The notes beneath the pieces were generated by a model that worked only from the letters and a program-made list of their open reading frames with translations, ran no database searches and was not told the DNA's origin. Shown here piece by piece: positions 1 to 13,577 of a DNA stretch of 64,000 nt. How positions within the stretch are numbered: the stretch's first letter is position 1; the number at the start of each line of letters is the position of its first letter. Position numbers and translations under genes: made by a program. Source of the stretch: the human T2T-CHM13v2.0 reference genome, Homo sapiens; NCBI RefSeq assembly GCF_009914755.1, contig NC_060947.1; one strand, given 5' to 3'.

Positions 1-124
1 CACTAGAATATATTATCTATAAGTGAAGGGATTTTATCTGTTTTGTTCCCTCCTGTGTCCCTAACACCTAAGAAAGTAGATGATATATAATAGACACTTG
101 GTAAATATTTGTTGAATAAGTGAA
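1..124 (+). mobile_element. L2 LINE 3' end fragment
   Basis: Resembles the L2 3' terminus (CACTAGAA...TGTTTTGTTC...AAATATTTGTTGAATAAGTGAA). Confidence 0.75.
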
Positions 125-399
125 TTCTGTCAGATAAACCTTCTCTTTTCCCATCTAGGTACAGATGGTATTAGCCTGTTTAAAATCAACATTTTTACTA
201 TTGGTCCAGCAGAAGTCAGTCCTTGTGCTATGCAGGTAGCTAGCTAGTTGTCAATCCTGTTATCTTAGAAGATCTTGAGTAAGTCATTTTTTTTTAGATA
301 TAATCATCCTTTTGAGGCCCCTCTCCTATAAGATTAACCCTATGATTAGGTGAGATATCTTCTGAGGAGGATTGTCTAATGCAAAGTTTCACCATGATG

Positions 400-600
400 T
401 TCAATACTTTCTCTCTGATGCCTTAGCTATGTAACCTTGTTCATAGTACTTGAATATCTTCAGGCCTTTGTTTTCTCATCTACGAAATGGAAATCACAGT
501 AGTACCTTCTTCGTAATGATGCTAAACAATCAAATAGACATTGTAAATAAAGCACTTAAAATAGTGTCTGGCACATTTGAAGAGCCCAGAAAATATTAGT
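400..600 (+). mobile_element. MIR SINE
   Basis: MIR core TTTTCTCATCTACGAAATGG and 3' end GTAAATAAAGCACTTAAAATAGTGTCTGGCACA. Confidence 0.7.
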
Positions 601-1311
601 CTTACTTGTGATGTTGTATGGGGGTAGGGGTGTTCTTGGAAAACTCCCAAGTCTCTTCCTGACTATTAGAAGCAAACCTGACTTTCTACATGCCCATCCT
701 CACAAAATGCCCATATCTAAAAGGTACTTATTTATAGAACATGAGGATATATGTATATCCCCATGCCTGAGTAATGGATAACGAAAAAATGTGGAGAGGG
801 AGAGATGTGAGGAACACAAAAGGAGGCCGAAAGTTCTGAAAATTTACTCACTGACTTCACGAGATTGTGCTAGGCTGGCCTTGGTGATTGAAGCTTGGAC
901 CAATTCCCATAAAGGAATATCCTCAAAGCAAGTAATTCTTAACAGACAGTGCTGGGATAAAGGAATCTGTGCTGTGACTTGGAAGCTTCCCTTCTACCAA
1001 CAGGATTTCATGGTTGCCAGAAAGGTAGGCAAAATGTTACTGTAGCAAACTTAATGAGTACATGCTGTGTGTACTTAGGCATAAACATCCAGTCTTCCCT
1101 TGGATGAAGCTGTAATTCATCACAATCACATCCCCTTTATGGATGGGAAATTTTCTCTAGCTTAGAATTTCCTCCTGATGTCTTTCCTTTGTTAGATGAC
1201 AAAAGGAACTGCTGTGGCTTAAGTACCACCTCTCCAGATTGTGCCTGACAAATCATGTGCAAATGAAATCAAATAAACTCCACTGTTACATAAGGCATCA
1301 ACAGGGGGTCA

Positions 1312-3495
1312 CTTTTTAATTTTTATTTTTTGTGGGTACATAGTAGCTGTATATATTTATGGGGTACATTAGATGTTTTGATACAGTCATGAAAGGTATA
1401 ATAATCACATCATGTAAAATTGGGTATCCATCACCTCAAGAATTTATCCTTTGTGTTACAAACAATCCAATTATACTTTTTTAGTTATTTTAGAATGTAC
1501 AATTAAATTATTATTGACTGACATGGTTTGGGTCTGTGTCCGTGCCCAAATTTCATGTCAAATCATATTTCCCAATGTTGGAGGTGGGGCCTGGTGGAAG
1601 GTGATTAAATCACAGGGGCGGATTTCCTCTTCGTGCTGCTCTTGTGATAGTGAGTGAGTGTTTGTGAGATTCGGTTGTTTAAAAGTGTGTAACACCTCCG
1701 CCCCTCACCTTCTCCTGCTCTGACCATGTAAGACATGCCTTCTGCCATGACTGTAAGTTTCCTGAGGTCTCCACAGCCATGCTTCCTGTACAATCTGCAG
1801 AATCATGAGCCAATTAAAACTCTTTGCTTTATAAATTATCCAGTCTCCGGTATCGCTTAATAGCAATGTGAGAACAGTTTAATACCTTGACTACAGTCAC
1901 TCTTTTGTGCTATCAAATAATAGGTCTTATTCATTCTTATTTTTGTCCATACATTAACCATCCCTACCTCTATCCCCACTCCACTCCACTTCTCAGCCTC
2001 TGGTAACCTTCCTTCTGCTATTCTATGTCCATTAGTTCAATTGTTTTGATTTTTAGATCCCACAAATAAGTGAAAACATGCAATGTTTGTCTTTCTGTTC
2101 CTGGCTTATTTTACTTAATATAATGACCTCCAGTTACATCCATGTTGTTGCAAATTGCAGGGTCTCATTCTTTTTTTAATGGCTAAATGGTACTCCATTA
2201 TGTATATGTACCACATTTTCTTTATCCATTCATCTGTTGATGAATGCTTAGGTTGCTTCCATACTGTGGCCATTGTGAACAGTCCTGCAACAAACACGGG
2301 AGTGCAGATATCTCTGTGATATACTAATTTCCTTTCTTATGGGCATATACCTAACAGTGTGATTACTGAATCATATGGTAGCTCTATTTTTAGTGTTTTG
2401 AGGAACCTCCAAACTGTTCTCCATAGTGGTTCTACTAATTTACATTCCCATCAACAGTGTACAAGGGTCCCCTTTTCTACACTTACTTTTCCATTTTAAA
2501 AAATCAGATTACTAGATTTTTTCCTGTAGAGTAGTTTGAGCTACTTATATATTCTGGCTATTAATCCTTTGTCAGATGAGTAGTTTAAAAATACTTTCTC
2601 CCATTCTGTGGGTTGCCTCTTCACTTTGTTGATTGCTTTCTTTGCTGTGCAGAAGCTTTTTAACTTGATATTATCCAATTTGTCCATTTTTGCTTTGGTT
2701 GCCTGTGTTTGTGGGTTATTGCTCAAAAAACTTTTCCCCAGACCAATGTCCTGGAGAGTTTCCCTGATGTTTTCTAGTAGTAGTTTCATAGTTGAGGTCT
2801 TAGACTGAAGTCTTCAATCCACTTTGATTTGATTTTTGTGTATGGCAAAAATAGGTATCTAGTTTCATTCTTCTGCATATGGAAATCCAGATTTCTCCAC
2901 ACCATTTATTGAAGAGACTGTCTTTACCAATTGTATGTTCTTGGCACCTTTGTCAAAAATGAATTCACTGTAGGTCTGTGGAATTGTTCCTGGGTTCTCT
3001 ATTCTGTTCTATGGGTCCATTTGTCTGTTTTTATGCCCATAACATGCTGTTTTTGTTACTATAGCTCTGTAGCATAATTTGAAGTCAGGTAATGTGATTC
3101 CTCCAGTTTTGTTCTTTTTGCTTAGGATAGCTTTGGCTATTCTGGGTCTTTTGTGGTTCCATATAAATTTTAAGATTTTTTTTCTATTTCTGTGAAGAAT
3201 GTCATTGCAATTTTGATAGGTATTGCATTGAATCTGTAGATTGCTTTCGGTAGTATGGGAATTTTAACAACATTGTTTCTTCTAATCCATCTACATGGAA
3301 TATCATTCCATTTTTGGTGTCCTCGTCAATTTCATTTATAAGTGTTTTATACTTTTCATTATAGAGGTCTTTCACTTTTTTGGTTAATTCCTAGATATTT
3401 ATTTTTATTTGTCACTACTGTAAATAGGATTACTTTTTAAATTTCTTTTCCAGATTGTTCACTGTTAGCATATAGAAATGCTACTGATTTTTATT
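1312..3495 (-). mobile_element. 5'-truncated L1MA (L1MA2/3-like), interrupted by an MST LTR
   Basis: L1MA 3' UTR; ORF2 C-terminal fragments in the ORF track (2115-2297, 2541-2789: [18 protein letters not shown]). Confidence 0.85.
1519..1886 (+). mobile_element. MaLR solo LTR (MSTA-like)
   Basis: TGACATGGTTTGG start, ..AATAC end, 5-bp TSD TTGAC (1514-1518 and 1887-1891). Confidence 0.88.
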
Positions 3496-3499
3496 AATA

Positions 3500-3849
3500 A
3501 TTAATATTTATTTTAATAGTTTTTGAGGTACAGGTGGTTTTTGGTTACATGGAAAAATTCTTTGTGGTGATTTATGAGACTTTGGTTTACATGCCACCCA
3601 AGCAGTGTACACTGTACCCAATATGTCCTCTTTTATCTCTAAGCCCCATCCCAAGCTTCTTTTGGGACCCCAAAGCCCATTATATCATTCTTATGCCTTT
3701 GCAGCCTCATAACTTAGCTCTCATTTATAAGTGAGAACATACAATATTTGCTTTTCAATTCCTGAGTTACATCACTTAGAATAATCACCTATAGCTCAAT
3801 CCAAGTTGCTGAAAATGATATTACTTCATTTTTATGGCCATGGTATGTA

Positions 3850-3915
<66 letters not shown>

Positions 3916-6900
3916 ATTTTCTTTATCTGCTTGTGGGATGATGAGCACTTAGGTTGGTTCCATATTTTTACAATTGCAAATTGTGCTGCTAGAAACCTGT
4001 GTGTGCATGTGTCTTTTTCATAAAATGACTTCTTCTCTTTTGTGTAGATACACAGAAGTGGGAATACTGGATTGAATGGTAGTTCTACATTTAATTCTTT
4101 AAGGAATCTTCATACAGTTTTCCATAGTAGCTGTACCAGCAGTGTAAAAGTACTCCCTTTTCAACACATCCATGCCAAAATCTATTGTTTTTTGACTTTT
4201 TAATTATGGCCATTTTTGCAGCAGTAATGTGGTATCTCATTGTGGTTTTAATTTGCACTTCCTTAGTAATTAGTAATATTTAGCATTTGTTCATATATTT
4301 GTTGGCTGTTTGTATATCTTGTTTGACAACTGTCTATTCATGTCCTTTGCCCATTTTGTGATGGGATTATTTTTTTTCTTGTTGATTTGAGTTCCTTATA
4401 GATTCTGAATATTAGTCTTTTGTTGGATGCATAGTTTGTAAATATTTTCTCCCTCTCTGTGGGTTGTCTGTTTCCTCTGCTGATTATTTCTTTTGCTGTG
4501 AAGAAGCCTTTTAGTTTAATTAGGTTCCATTTATTTATTTGTGTTTTTATTGCATTCGTTTTTAGAGTCTTAGTCATGAATTATTTGCCTAAGCCAAGGT
4601 CTAGAAAAGTTTTTATGATGTTATTTTCTATAACTTTTATGGTTTCAGGTCTTAGATTTAAGTCTTTGAGCCATCTTGAATTGATTTTTTTGTAAAGTGA
4701 GAGAGGAGGATACAGTTTTATTCTTCCACAAGTGGCTTGCCAGTTATCCCTGAATGATTTGTTGAATAGGGTGTCCTTTCCCCACTTTATGTTTTTGTTT
4801 GCTTTTTCAAAGATCAGTTGGCTGTAAATATCTGGCTTTATTTCTGAGTTTTCTATTCTGTTCCATTGGCCTATGTGCCTATTTTTATACCATTACCATG
4901 CTGTTTTGGTTAACTATAGCCCTGTAGTATAATTTGAAGTCAGGTAATTTGATGCTTCCAGATTTGTTCTTTTTGCTTAGTATTGCTTTGGCTATGTGGG
5001 CACCTTTTTTATTCTATATGAATTTTAGAATTGCTTTATCTAGTCATTTGAAGAATGATGATGGTATTTCAATGAGAATTGCATTGAATCTGTAGATTGC
5101 TCTGGGAAGTATGGTAATTTTCACAATATTGATTCTACCTATCCATGAGCATGGAAGGGGTTTCCATTTGTTTGTGATTTATTTCAGCAGTGTTTTATAG
5201 TTTCCCTTGTAGAAATCTTTCACCTCCTTGGTTAGGTATATTCCTTAGGTTTTATTTTTCCAGCTATTGTAAGAGGAATTGAGTTGCTGATTTGATTCTT
5301 AGCTTGGTCATTGTGTATAGCAATGCTACCGGTTGTGTACATTGATTTTGTGTCCTGAGACTTTACTAAATCTGTTTATCAGATCTAGGAGCTTTTCAGA
5401 TGAGTCTTTAGGGTTTTCTAGGTATACAATTATATCATCAGTGAACAGTGAGAGTTTGACTTTATCTTTTTAGATTTGGATGTCCTTTATTTCTTTCTCT
5501 TGTCTGATTGTTCTGGCTAGGACTTCTATTACTATATTGAATAGAAATGGTGAAAGTGAGCATCCTTGCATTGTCCCAGTTCTCAGGGTAAATGCACTCA
5601 ACTTTTACCCATTCAGTATGACATTGACTGTGGGTTTGTCATGTACAGCTTGTATTACTTTGAGGTAAGTCACTGCTATGCCTATTTTGTTGAGGGTCTT
5701 TATTATAAAGGGATGCTGGATTTTACCAAACGCTTTTTCTGCATTCTGTCATGTGATGTATCACATTTGTTGACATATATGGTAAAACATCCCTGCATTT
5801 CGGGTATGTAACACAACTGATCATGGTGTATTATCATTTTGATATGCTTGTGGGTACAGTTAGCTAGAATATTGTTGAAGATTTTTGCATCTATGTCCAT
5901 TAGGCATATTGGTCTGTAGTTTTCTTTTTTTGTTTTGCCCTTTTCTGGCTTTAGTATTAGGGTGATACTGGCTTCATAAAATGATTTAGGGAGATTCTCT
6001 TTTTCTCTATCTTCTGGAATTGTGTCAGTAAGATTGGTAACAATTCTTCTTTGAATGTCTGATAGAATTCAGGAATTTTTGTTGGCAATTTTCTGTTACA
6101 GACTCAATCTGGCTTATTGCTATTGGTCTGTTTGGGGTTTCTATTTCTTTCTAATTTAATCTAGGAGTGTTGTGTTTTCCAGGAGTTTATCCATCTCCTC
6201 TAGATTTTCTAGTTTGTGCATGTAAAGGTGTTCACAGTAGCCTTGAATGATCTTTTGTATTTCTGTGGTATCAGTTGTAACATCTTCCATTTCATTTCTA
6301 ATTGAGCTTATTTGGATCTTCTCTCTTCTTTCCTTAGTTAATCTTATTAATTGTCTATCAATTTTGTTTATCTTTCAAAGACCCAGCTTTTTCTTTTATT
6401 TATCTATTGTATATTTTTGGTTTTAATTTTATTTAGTTTTGCTCTGATCTTTGTTAATTTCTTTTCTTCTGCTAGCTGTGGGTTTAGTTTGCTATTTTTT
6501 TCTCTAGCTCCTTGAGGTATTTAACACTATGAACATTCTTCTTGGCAGTGCTTTTGCTGTATCCCAGAGGTTTTGATAAGTTTTTTCACTATTATCATTC
6601 ATTTCAAATAAATTTTAAATTTCTATCTTGATTTCATTGTTAACCCAAACATCATTAAAGAGCAGATTACTTAATTTCGACATATTTGTATGGTTTGGAA
6701 GATTCCTTTTGGAGTTGATTTCCAGTTTTATTCCACTCTGGTCTGAGAAGATACTTGATATGATTTTGATTTTCTTAAATTTATTAACACTTGTTTTGTG
6801 GTGTAGCATATGGTCTATTTTGAAAAATGTATATTCTATACGTGTTGGGAATAATGTTCTATAAATATCTAAGTCTATTTGTTCTAGTGTATAGTTTAAG

Positions 6901-6975
6901 TCCATTGTTTCTTTGTTAACTTTCTGTGTTGATTATCTGTCTTGTGCTGTCAGTGGAGTATTGAAGTTTCCCACC
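3500..6975 (-). mobile_element. 5'-truncated L1PB element
   Basis: L1PB-type 3' UTR (GGTGGTTTTTGGTTACATGG); ORF2 RT/EN fragments at 4338-4577, 5703-5900, 6615-6905. Confidence 0.85.
3845..3912. repeat. (TATG)n(TG)n(TA)n compound microsatellite
   Basis: Read directly from sequence. Confidence 0.95.
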
Positions 6976-7599
6976 CCGTCTGTTATAGCATCCTGTTTCC
7001 TCATGCCTGCCCTTTCATACCAGACTTGCTGTTCCTGGCTGATGCTTGATGCTTCCACCACCAGTACCTCACCTCCATCTAAGACAACAATTGATTCTTC
7101 CTACCGTGCTCCTTTAACTCACTAGGGGCTGGAATATCTTGTCTCTCATAACTATTCAGAAATTTTTTAAAACCTTGAGTTATAATCTACTCTTTCACTA
7201 TTGAGGTGGGATAACAGACACAGATAAATGTAGATAATGTAGCAGTAAAGATAACAAAACAATATTTGTCCCTATAACATGCTACAGTTTAAAAGTGACT
7301 TAACAACTCTTTGTTTCAGTGAATGCTGCTTTCTTCCTCATTAAGAAACATTGTTCTCTAAAATCATGGACTATCAGAAACTTTGCTGTCTGAAATTGTA
7401 TTAATACAAATGAGACATCTCACTCTTGCCTAGATAGGAGCTAAGTCACTTTGACCCAGAGAGGCAGCCTTGATTTACAAACCAAATACAGAACTTCACA
7501 TAAGGAGTTTCCACATTTATTTTTTTTTCAAGGAAAGATGACCCTGGTTTCACTTTTGCAGTCTACACCAGGTATTGATCCCTTAAAACACAGTTCTGC

Positions 7600-8000
7600 T
7601 TAGCTTTGAGCCTAAAAATTCATGACTTACTGGACTCAGCTGGGAAAATTTGAAAGTAGGACAGTTCAACAGTTGGGAGTTGGAATTAATGTAGAGACTC
7701 CTTCAATCACATATCTTGTACCTGGGCTAAGATAAATTTAAATATTACAACTGCTTGTTGTAAGAGAGCTTGCACAATCTCTTTAAACCTGGCTTGGTTC
7801 TCCATAGCATGTCAGCCTCAAAGTAGTTGAATTTAATTAATTTCTCAGTGCTCCAACTAGTGTTTCATCTAGCAAAGTAGAAGCTGATTGCCTTTTATGA
7901 AAGCCTCAAAAACCATGCAGCATCACTTTTCCCATATTGTATTGATAGACTGGTCACAAACCTGCCTAGGTTCAAGGGGGGAAAAATATAGATCCATCTA
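7600..8000 (-). mobile_element. Old MaLR LTR fragment (MLT1-type)
   Basis: CATCACTTTTCCCATATTGTATTG..GTCACAAACCTGCCTAGGTTCAAGGGG resembles MLT1; boundaries approximate. Confidence 0.5.
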
Positions 8001-8059
8001 TCAATAAGAGGTATAGTATGTCACCACCAAGAAAAGGTTATAAAAGACTTCATTTGGGA

Positions 8060-8348
8060 CATTCTCTTGTTTGCTTGCTTTCTCTGTCTTTCTTGTATCA
8101 CTTAATTTGAAGATGAAACGATGTTTTAAGCAGCTCTATTGAAAAGTTAACATGATAAAGAAATTAGCCCTCCTAACAGTAGTATCATCAGTGATCTTGC
8201 AATCTCATAAAAGACCAGGAACCAGAATCAGCCAGTTAAGCTGCTCCTAGATTCCTGACTCACAGAAATTGGATGATAATAAATGCTTATTGTTTTCAGC
8301 TTCTAGGTTTGGGAGTAATTTGTTATGCAGCAATGGTTGAGTAATATA
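8060..8348 (+). mobile_element. MLT1 (F/G-like) LTR 3' part
   Basis: AAGCTGCTCCTAGATTCCTGACTCACAGAAA..AATAAATG..GTAATTTGTTATGCAGCAAT. Confidence 0.7.
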
Positions 8349-8389
8349 ATTACGTAGAAGTACTTTATACAACTGTAAAAGAGAATTCA

Positions 8390-10090
8390 TTTTTTATTAT
8401 TATACTTTAAGTTCTAGGGTACAGTGCACAATGTGCAGGTTTGTTGTGGAGGTATACATGTGCCATGTTGGTTTGCTGCACCCATCAACTCGTCATTTAC
8501 ATTAGGTATTTCGCCTAACACTATCCCTCCCCCAGCCCCCCACCCCTCAGTGGGCTCCAGTGTGTGATGTTCCTCTCCCTGTGTCCATGTGTTCTCATTG
8601 TTCAACTGCCACTTATGAGTGAGAACATGTGGTGTTTGGTTTTCTGTCCTTGTGATAGTTTGCTGAGAATGATGGTTTCCAGCTTCATCCATGTCCCTGG
8701 AAAGAACATGAAATCATTCTTTTTACGGTTGCATAGTATTCCATGGGGTATACGTGCCACATTTTCTTTATCCAGTCTATTATTGATGGACATTTGGGTT
8801 CGTTCCAAGTCTTTGCTATTGTGAATAGTGCCGCAATAAACATACATGTGCATGTGTCTTTATAATAGCATGATTTATAATCCTTTGGGTATATAACCAG
8901 TAATGGGATTGCTGGTTCAAATGATATTTGTAGTTCTAGATCCTTGAGGGATTGCCACACTGTTTTCCACAATGGTTGAACTAATTTACACTCCCACCAA
9001 CAGTGTAAAAGTGTTCCTATTTCTCCACATCCTCTCCAGCACCTGTTGTTTCCTGACTTTTTAATGATCGTCATTCTAATTGGCGTGAGATGGTATCTCA
9101 TTGTGGTTTTGATTTGCATTTCTCTGATGACCAGTGATGATGAGCATTTTTTCATGTGTCTGTTTGCTGCATAAATGTCTTCTTTTGAAAAGTGTCTGTT
9201 CATATCCTTTGCCCATTTTTTGATGGGGTTGTTTTTTTCTTGTAAATTTGTTTAAGTTCTTTGTAGATTCTGGATATTAGCCCTTTGTCATGTGGATAGA
9301 TTGCAAAAATTTTCTCCCATTCCGTAGGTTGCCTGTTCACTCTGATGATAGTTTCTTTCCCTGTGCAGAAGCTCTTTAGTTTAATTAGATCCCATTTGTC
9401 TATTTTGGCTTTTGTTGCCATTACTTTTGGTGTTTTAGTCATGAAGTCTTTGCCCATGCCTATGTCCTGAATGGTATTGCCTAGGTTTTCTTCTAGGGTT
9501 TTTATGCTTTTAGGTCTTACATTTAAGTCTTTAATCCATCTTGAGTTAATTTTGGTATAAGGTGTAAGGAAGGGATCCAGTTTCAGCTTTCTACATATGG
9601 CTAGCCAGTTTTCCCAACACCATTTATTAAATAGGGAATCCTTCCCCCATTTCTTGTTTTTGTCAGGTTTGTCAACGATCAGATGGTTGTAGATGTGTGG
9701 TGTTATTTCTGAGGCCTCTGTTCTGTTCCATTGGTCTATATCTCTGTTTTGGTACCACTACCATGCTGTTTTGGTTACTGTAGCCTTGTAGTATAGTTTG
9801 AAGTCAGGTAGCATGATGCCTCCAGCTTTGTTCTTTTGGCTTAGGATTGTCTTGGCAATGTGGGCTCTTTTTTGGTTCCATATGAACTTTAAAGTAGTTT
9901 TTCCCAATTCTGTGAAGAAATCAGTGGTAGCTTGATGGGGATAGCATTGAATCTATAAATTACTTTGGGCAGAACCGCCATTTTCACAATATTGATTATT
10001 TCTATACATGAGCATGGAATATTCTTCCATTTGTTTGTGTCTTATTTTGTCAGGCAGTGGTTTGTAGTTCTCCTTGAAGACATCCTCACA
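8390..10090 (-). mobile_element. 5'-truncated L1PA (about PA7/8)
   Basis: L1PA 3' UTR; ORF2 C-terminal ORFs at 8602-9457 ([20 protein letters not shown]). Confidence 0.9.
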
Positions 10091-10461
10091 TGATGTAGAT
10101 GAACAAGGCTATTTTGATGCCCAGCCTGTTAATTAACAGTCCCTTTGTGCATATATATGTACCAACTTTGGTTTGAAATGAATCAGAATGTATGGGAGCT
10201 CACTCTGAATAAACATGAATCACATTAAAGAAGGTTCTTTTTGTGTGTTTTTCCCTAAAATGTGCTGTAAGCATAGATCACTAGCAAAAGCCAAAAGAAA
10301 TTCTGACATGAAGGGTATTGCAAGGTGTTAACAAAAATGCCCCAGAGCCAATAAATCGGCAGATCTAAATCCTAATCTCAATTGTTACCAGTCAGTTTTG
10401 TGACTTTTGGCTACAGATTACCTCCCTCTGAAACTCAGCTTCTTTATTATTAAAAAAGAGG

Positions 10462-10868
10462 TCTTATCCATAAAATCTTTGCCCAGACCGATGCCCTGAA
10501 GTATTTCCCCTATGTTTTATTCTAATAGTTTAGTAGTCTTACATGTAGGCAGACTGGGAAGGGTATGGGGAATGAGGGCTAGAGAGAGGTTGATTAACGG
10601 ATGTAAAAGTAGAGCTAGAGAGGATAAGTAGGTTATAATGTTATATAGTACTATAGGGTAATGATAGTTAACAATTATTTATTCTGTATTTTCAAATAGC
10701 TAGAAGAGAGGATTTTGAATGTTCCCAATAAAAAGAAATGAGAAACGTTTGAGGTAATAAATATGCGAATTACCTGAGTTGATTATTGCATGTTGTATAT
10801 AAGTATCAAACTATCACACTGTACTCCATAAATGTGTATAATTATTATGTGCCAGTTAGCAATTTTGA
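10462..10868 (+). mobile_element. Short L1MA 3' end with 5' inversion, inserted in a MIR
   Basis: Antisense ORF2 piece (~10462-10548) followed by sense L1MA 3' UTR; AAAAGAG on both flanks; MIR 5' half at ~10365-10460. Confidence 0.65.
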
Positions 10869-10911
10869 AAAGAGAAGATTCAGCTATATTAGAGGCTTTA
10901 AAAATTTTTTG

Positions 10912-11129
10912 AGAAGTTCCCTCATCCTTGTTGCAGGGCGTGCAACAGGGGTGTGGCTCGCTTTTTTGATGCCCAGCTGCTCAACCCCCTAGGGGGCGTA
11001 TGCAGAGGGGCAGGTTGTGGGGAGCATTTTGGGCTCTGACCCCAAAGCAGCATCTAGAGTTGAGTGTTTACAGCTCCTGAAGCCCCAGTGGGCATGTGTT
11101 ACAGCATGCTTTTTTAGCTTTGCTGTCTG
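10912..11129 (-). mobile_element. 3' part of an ERV1 solo LTR (LTR1/LTR27/LTR28 group), split by inversion
   Basis: Reverse complement reads CAGACAGCAAAGCTAAAAAAGCATGCTGTAACACATGCCCACTGGGGCTTCAGGAGC..., the continuation of 11955-12521. Confidence 0.8.
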
Positions 11130-11751
11130 TACACATCTTAAAAGGCTGTTGTGAGTATTAGATGAGAAAATGCACTTAAAGGTTTTAACTCAGTGTCTGG
11201 AATGAGTAATCTCTGAATAAATGGAAGCTATTATTATGGTTGTATATGTTATATACATGTGATCACTGTCATTATTTCATAGTTTTCAAAGCTTTCCTAC
11301 ATCTACTATTTCATTTGACTTTCATTATATCCTTATGATGACAATAATAAAGATTACAAACATAACTTGGTCATGTTCGGCCAGCTAATAAGTGGCAGAA
11401 CCATGAACATATTATTGTATATAGTTGTAAATTAATAAGTTCCAGTTTGGTAGTACACCTTATGAATTTGATTGGATTTTTTAGTACTCTTCCTTCTGGT
11501 CTACCTTACAATGAATCAAACATGTTAATGAACAGCCTAATGACTGTTTGAATGTCTATTTGACTTTCATCTGTCATCACTATATTATTTTGCCCCAGAT
11601 ATGGCAATTTACCTTCACTCTTACCTCTACTTCTTAATAGGCTATTTTTAGTATAGCCAGGTCTAGTCCCCTTAATAAGATTGCTTCTTTACTTAAAATC
11701 ATGTTCTTTACTTAGAATCATGGAATTCTAGACAGTGTTCTTTTAAGGTCC

Positions 11752-11954
11752 AGTGTTTTCAACTGCAATTCATGAATTCAACTTAATAGTCATGATTAAT
11801 GGAATTTTTATGGGAGAGAATAAAACTAAATAATATTAAAGTGCATCTCATGTAAAATGGGTAAAGTGTTGTATCAGAAAACTTCTGTTTAAATCTAGAT
11901 GTATATATTCATATATAGACATTCAACTATACTGTAAAATATATTTTCCATCAT
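11752..11954 (+). mobile_element. hAT-Charlie-type MITE whose far end lies inverted at ~10890-10912
   Basis: Starts CAGTGTTTTCAACTG; the other terminus TCAAAAAATTTTTAAAGCCTCT is on the minus strand at ~10891-10912. Confidence 0.6.
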
Positions 11955-12521
11955 TCACATGGAAGGTGGCAGGGAAGTGCTAGGTAGAGAAGGAGGGGAT
12001 CCCTGGTAAGACCTCCACCCTCGAGCCTGTGTTCACAGACCTAAGTGAGAACAGTCACTCCTGTTTTTATGCCTAAATGTTGCATTTTCCAAGATGACTC
12101 TGGACCACCACACCCACCTATCCTGTTCCCATGAACACCTGAGACCCTAGTAGGCGCAGACACAAGCAGCTGGACGTCAATAGGACCAGAAGAGCACCGC
12201 AACAGACACCAGCAGACACTGGCAGGTTATCGAGGTGGGATGACACAGAATTCAGTCAGGGGCAGTCCGAAAAGAGTCTGATTGCTGGGCAGCCTTACTC
12301 TAGGGGCAGACCACCTTCCCACTCCATTCCCCTTTTAGCTCCCCATCCACCTCACTGAGAGCTACCGCTACCACTCAATAAAACCTTGCACCCATCCTCC
12401 AAGCCCATGTGTGATTCAATTTTTCCGGTACACTAGGGCAAGAACCTGGGATACAGAAAGCCCTCTGTCCTTGCAATAAGGCAGAGGGTCTAATTAAGGT
12501 GATTAACACAAGCTGCCTGCA
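11955..12521 (+). mobile_element. 5' part of the same ERV1 solo LTR (LTR1/27/28 group)
   Basis: GGCAGGGAAGTGCTAGG..AAATGTTGCATTTTCCAAG..CACTCAATAAAACCTTGCA..TTAACACAAGCTGCCTGCA. Confidence 0.8.
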
Positions 12522-12729
12522 ATCATTATACATATTTTACAGATAAGAAAGTAGAGAATAGAAATCACATAAGTTGCCCACAAACCACTTAGGTAATATA
12601 CACATTCTCTACTCTGTGGAAAGTTAAAGCAAAAATCCTTAATCCAATCTGTATGCACACACATACACACACAAACCTACTCATCTACTAATCTCCTTCT
12701 GTAGATTGAATATAGTTCACTTAGTCACA

Positions 12730-13577
12730 CTGGGCAAAAATCTGAAAGTCAATCTTGATTCCTCTTCTTGCCTTATATCTACATCCAATCCCATCAACAA
12801 ATTCTGTTGCTGCTGTATATTCAAAATATAAGCAGACTGCAACCACTTCTTACCACTTCCACTGCTACCTCACTAGTCTAAGCCATCACCATCTCTTTCC
12901 TAGATCATTGCAAGTTTCCACTTTTGCTCCCAACTAACTCCACTCTCTACACAGCAGTATAAATAATCAACCCCACTTGAAGCCTCCCAATGCCTTTCTA
13001 TTATAGGTAGAATAAAATACAAACTGCATACCCGCAAGGCCCAAGAAGATCTAGCTCTTGTTGACCTCTCATATCTCTTATCATACAATGCCTCCCACAT
13101 GTTCAACACTCTTCAACCAGATTGATCTTCCTCTGTTCCTCTCATACATAAAGTTCTTTGCTACCTCAGGTTCTTTGCATCTGCTGTCCCCTACTCCTCA
13201 AATATTCTTTGTTAATATCTTAACGTGGTTTGCTTCTTCTTATCATTTGAACCTCAACCCAAATACTATATCCTCAGAGTGGTCTGTATTCATCTCCCTA
13301 GTGATCTCCTCCCATCTCCTTATCCAGTTACTGTCTATTACATTACTTGGTTTTATTGTCATCATAGCAGTTTTCATTATCTAACTTTTTCTTGTTTGTT
13401 TAATTTTTATATTTTGTATCCTTTTGCTGCAATGTATGCTCCACTAGGGCAGAGATGTTGATTGTCTTGTTGAATGTTGTATCCCTAGAACACCCAAAAT
13501 CTTAGAATATGCCCAGCATAGTGCATATTTGTACAGTATCAGTACATATTCATTGAATGAATTAATTAATGAATAAA
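12730..13577 (+). mobile_element. L2a LINE 3' portion
   Basis: L2 motifs AATCTTGATTCCTC, CAAGCCATCACCATCTCT; terminal TGAATGAATTAATTAATGAAT. Confidence 0.8.

Noticed and set aside
10365-11235. MIR halves at ~10365-10460 and ~11135-11235 as one element
   Set aside because: The second half joins seamlessly to the antisense MIR at 12522+ once the inversion is undone, so the apparent continuity is coincidental.
13058-13461. Hydrophobic, membrane-protein-like ORFs
   Set aside because: They lie within pyrimidine-rich L2 sequence; compositional artefact.
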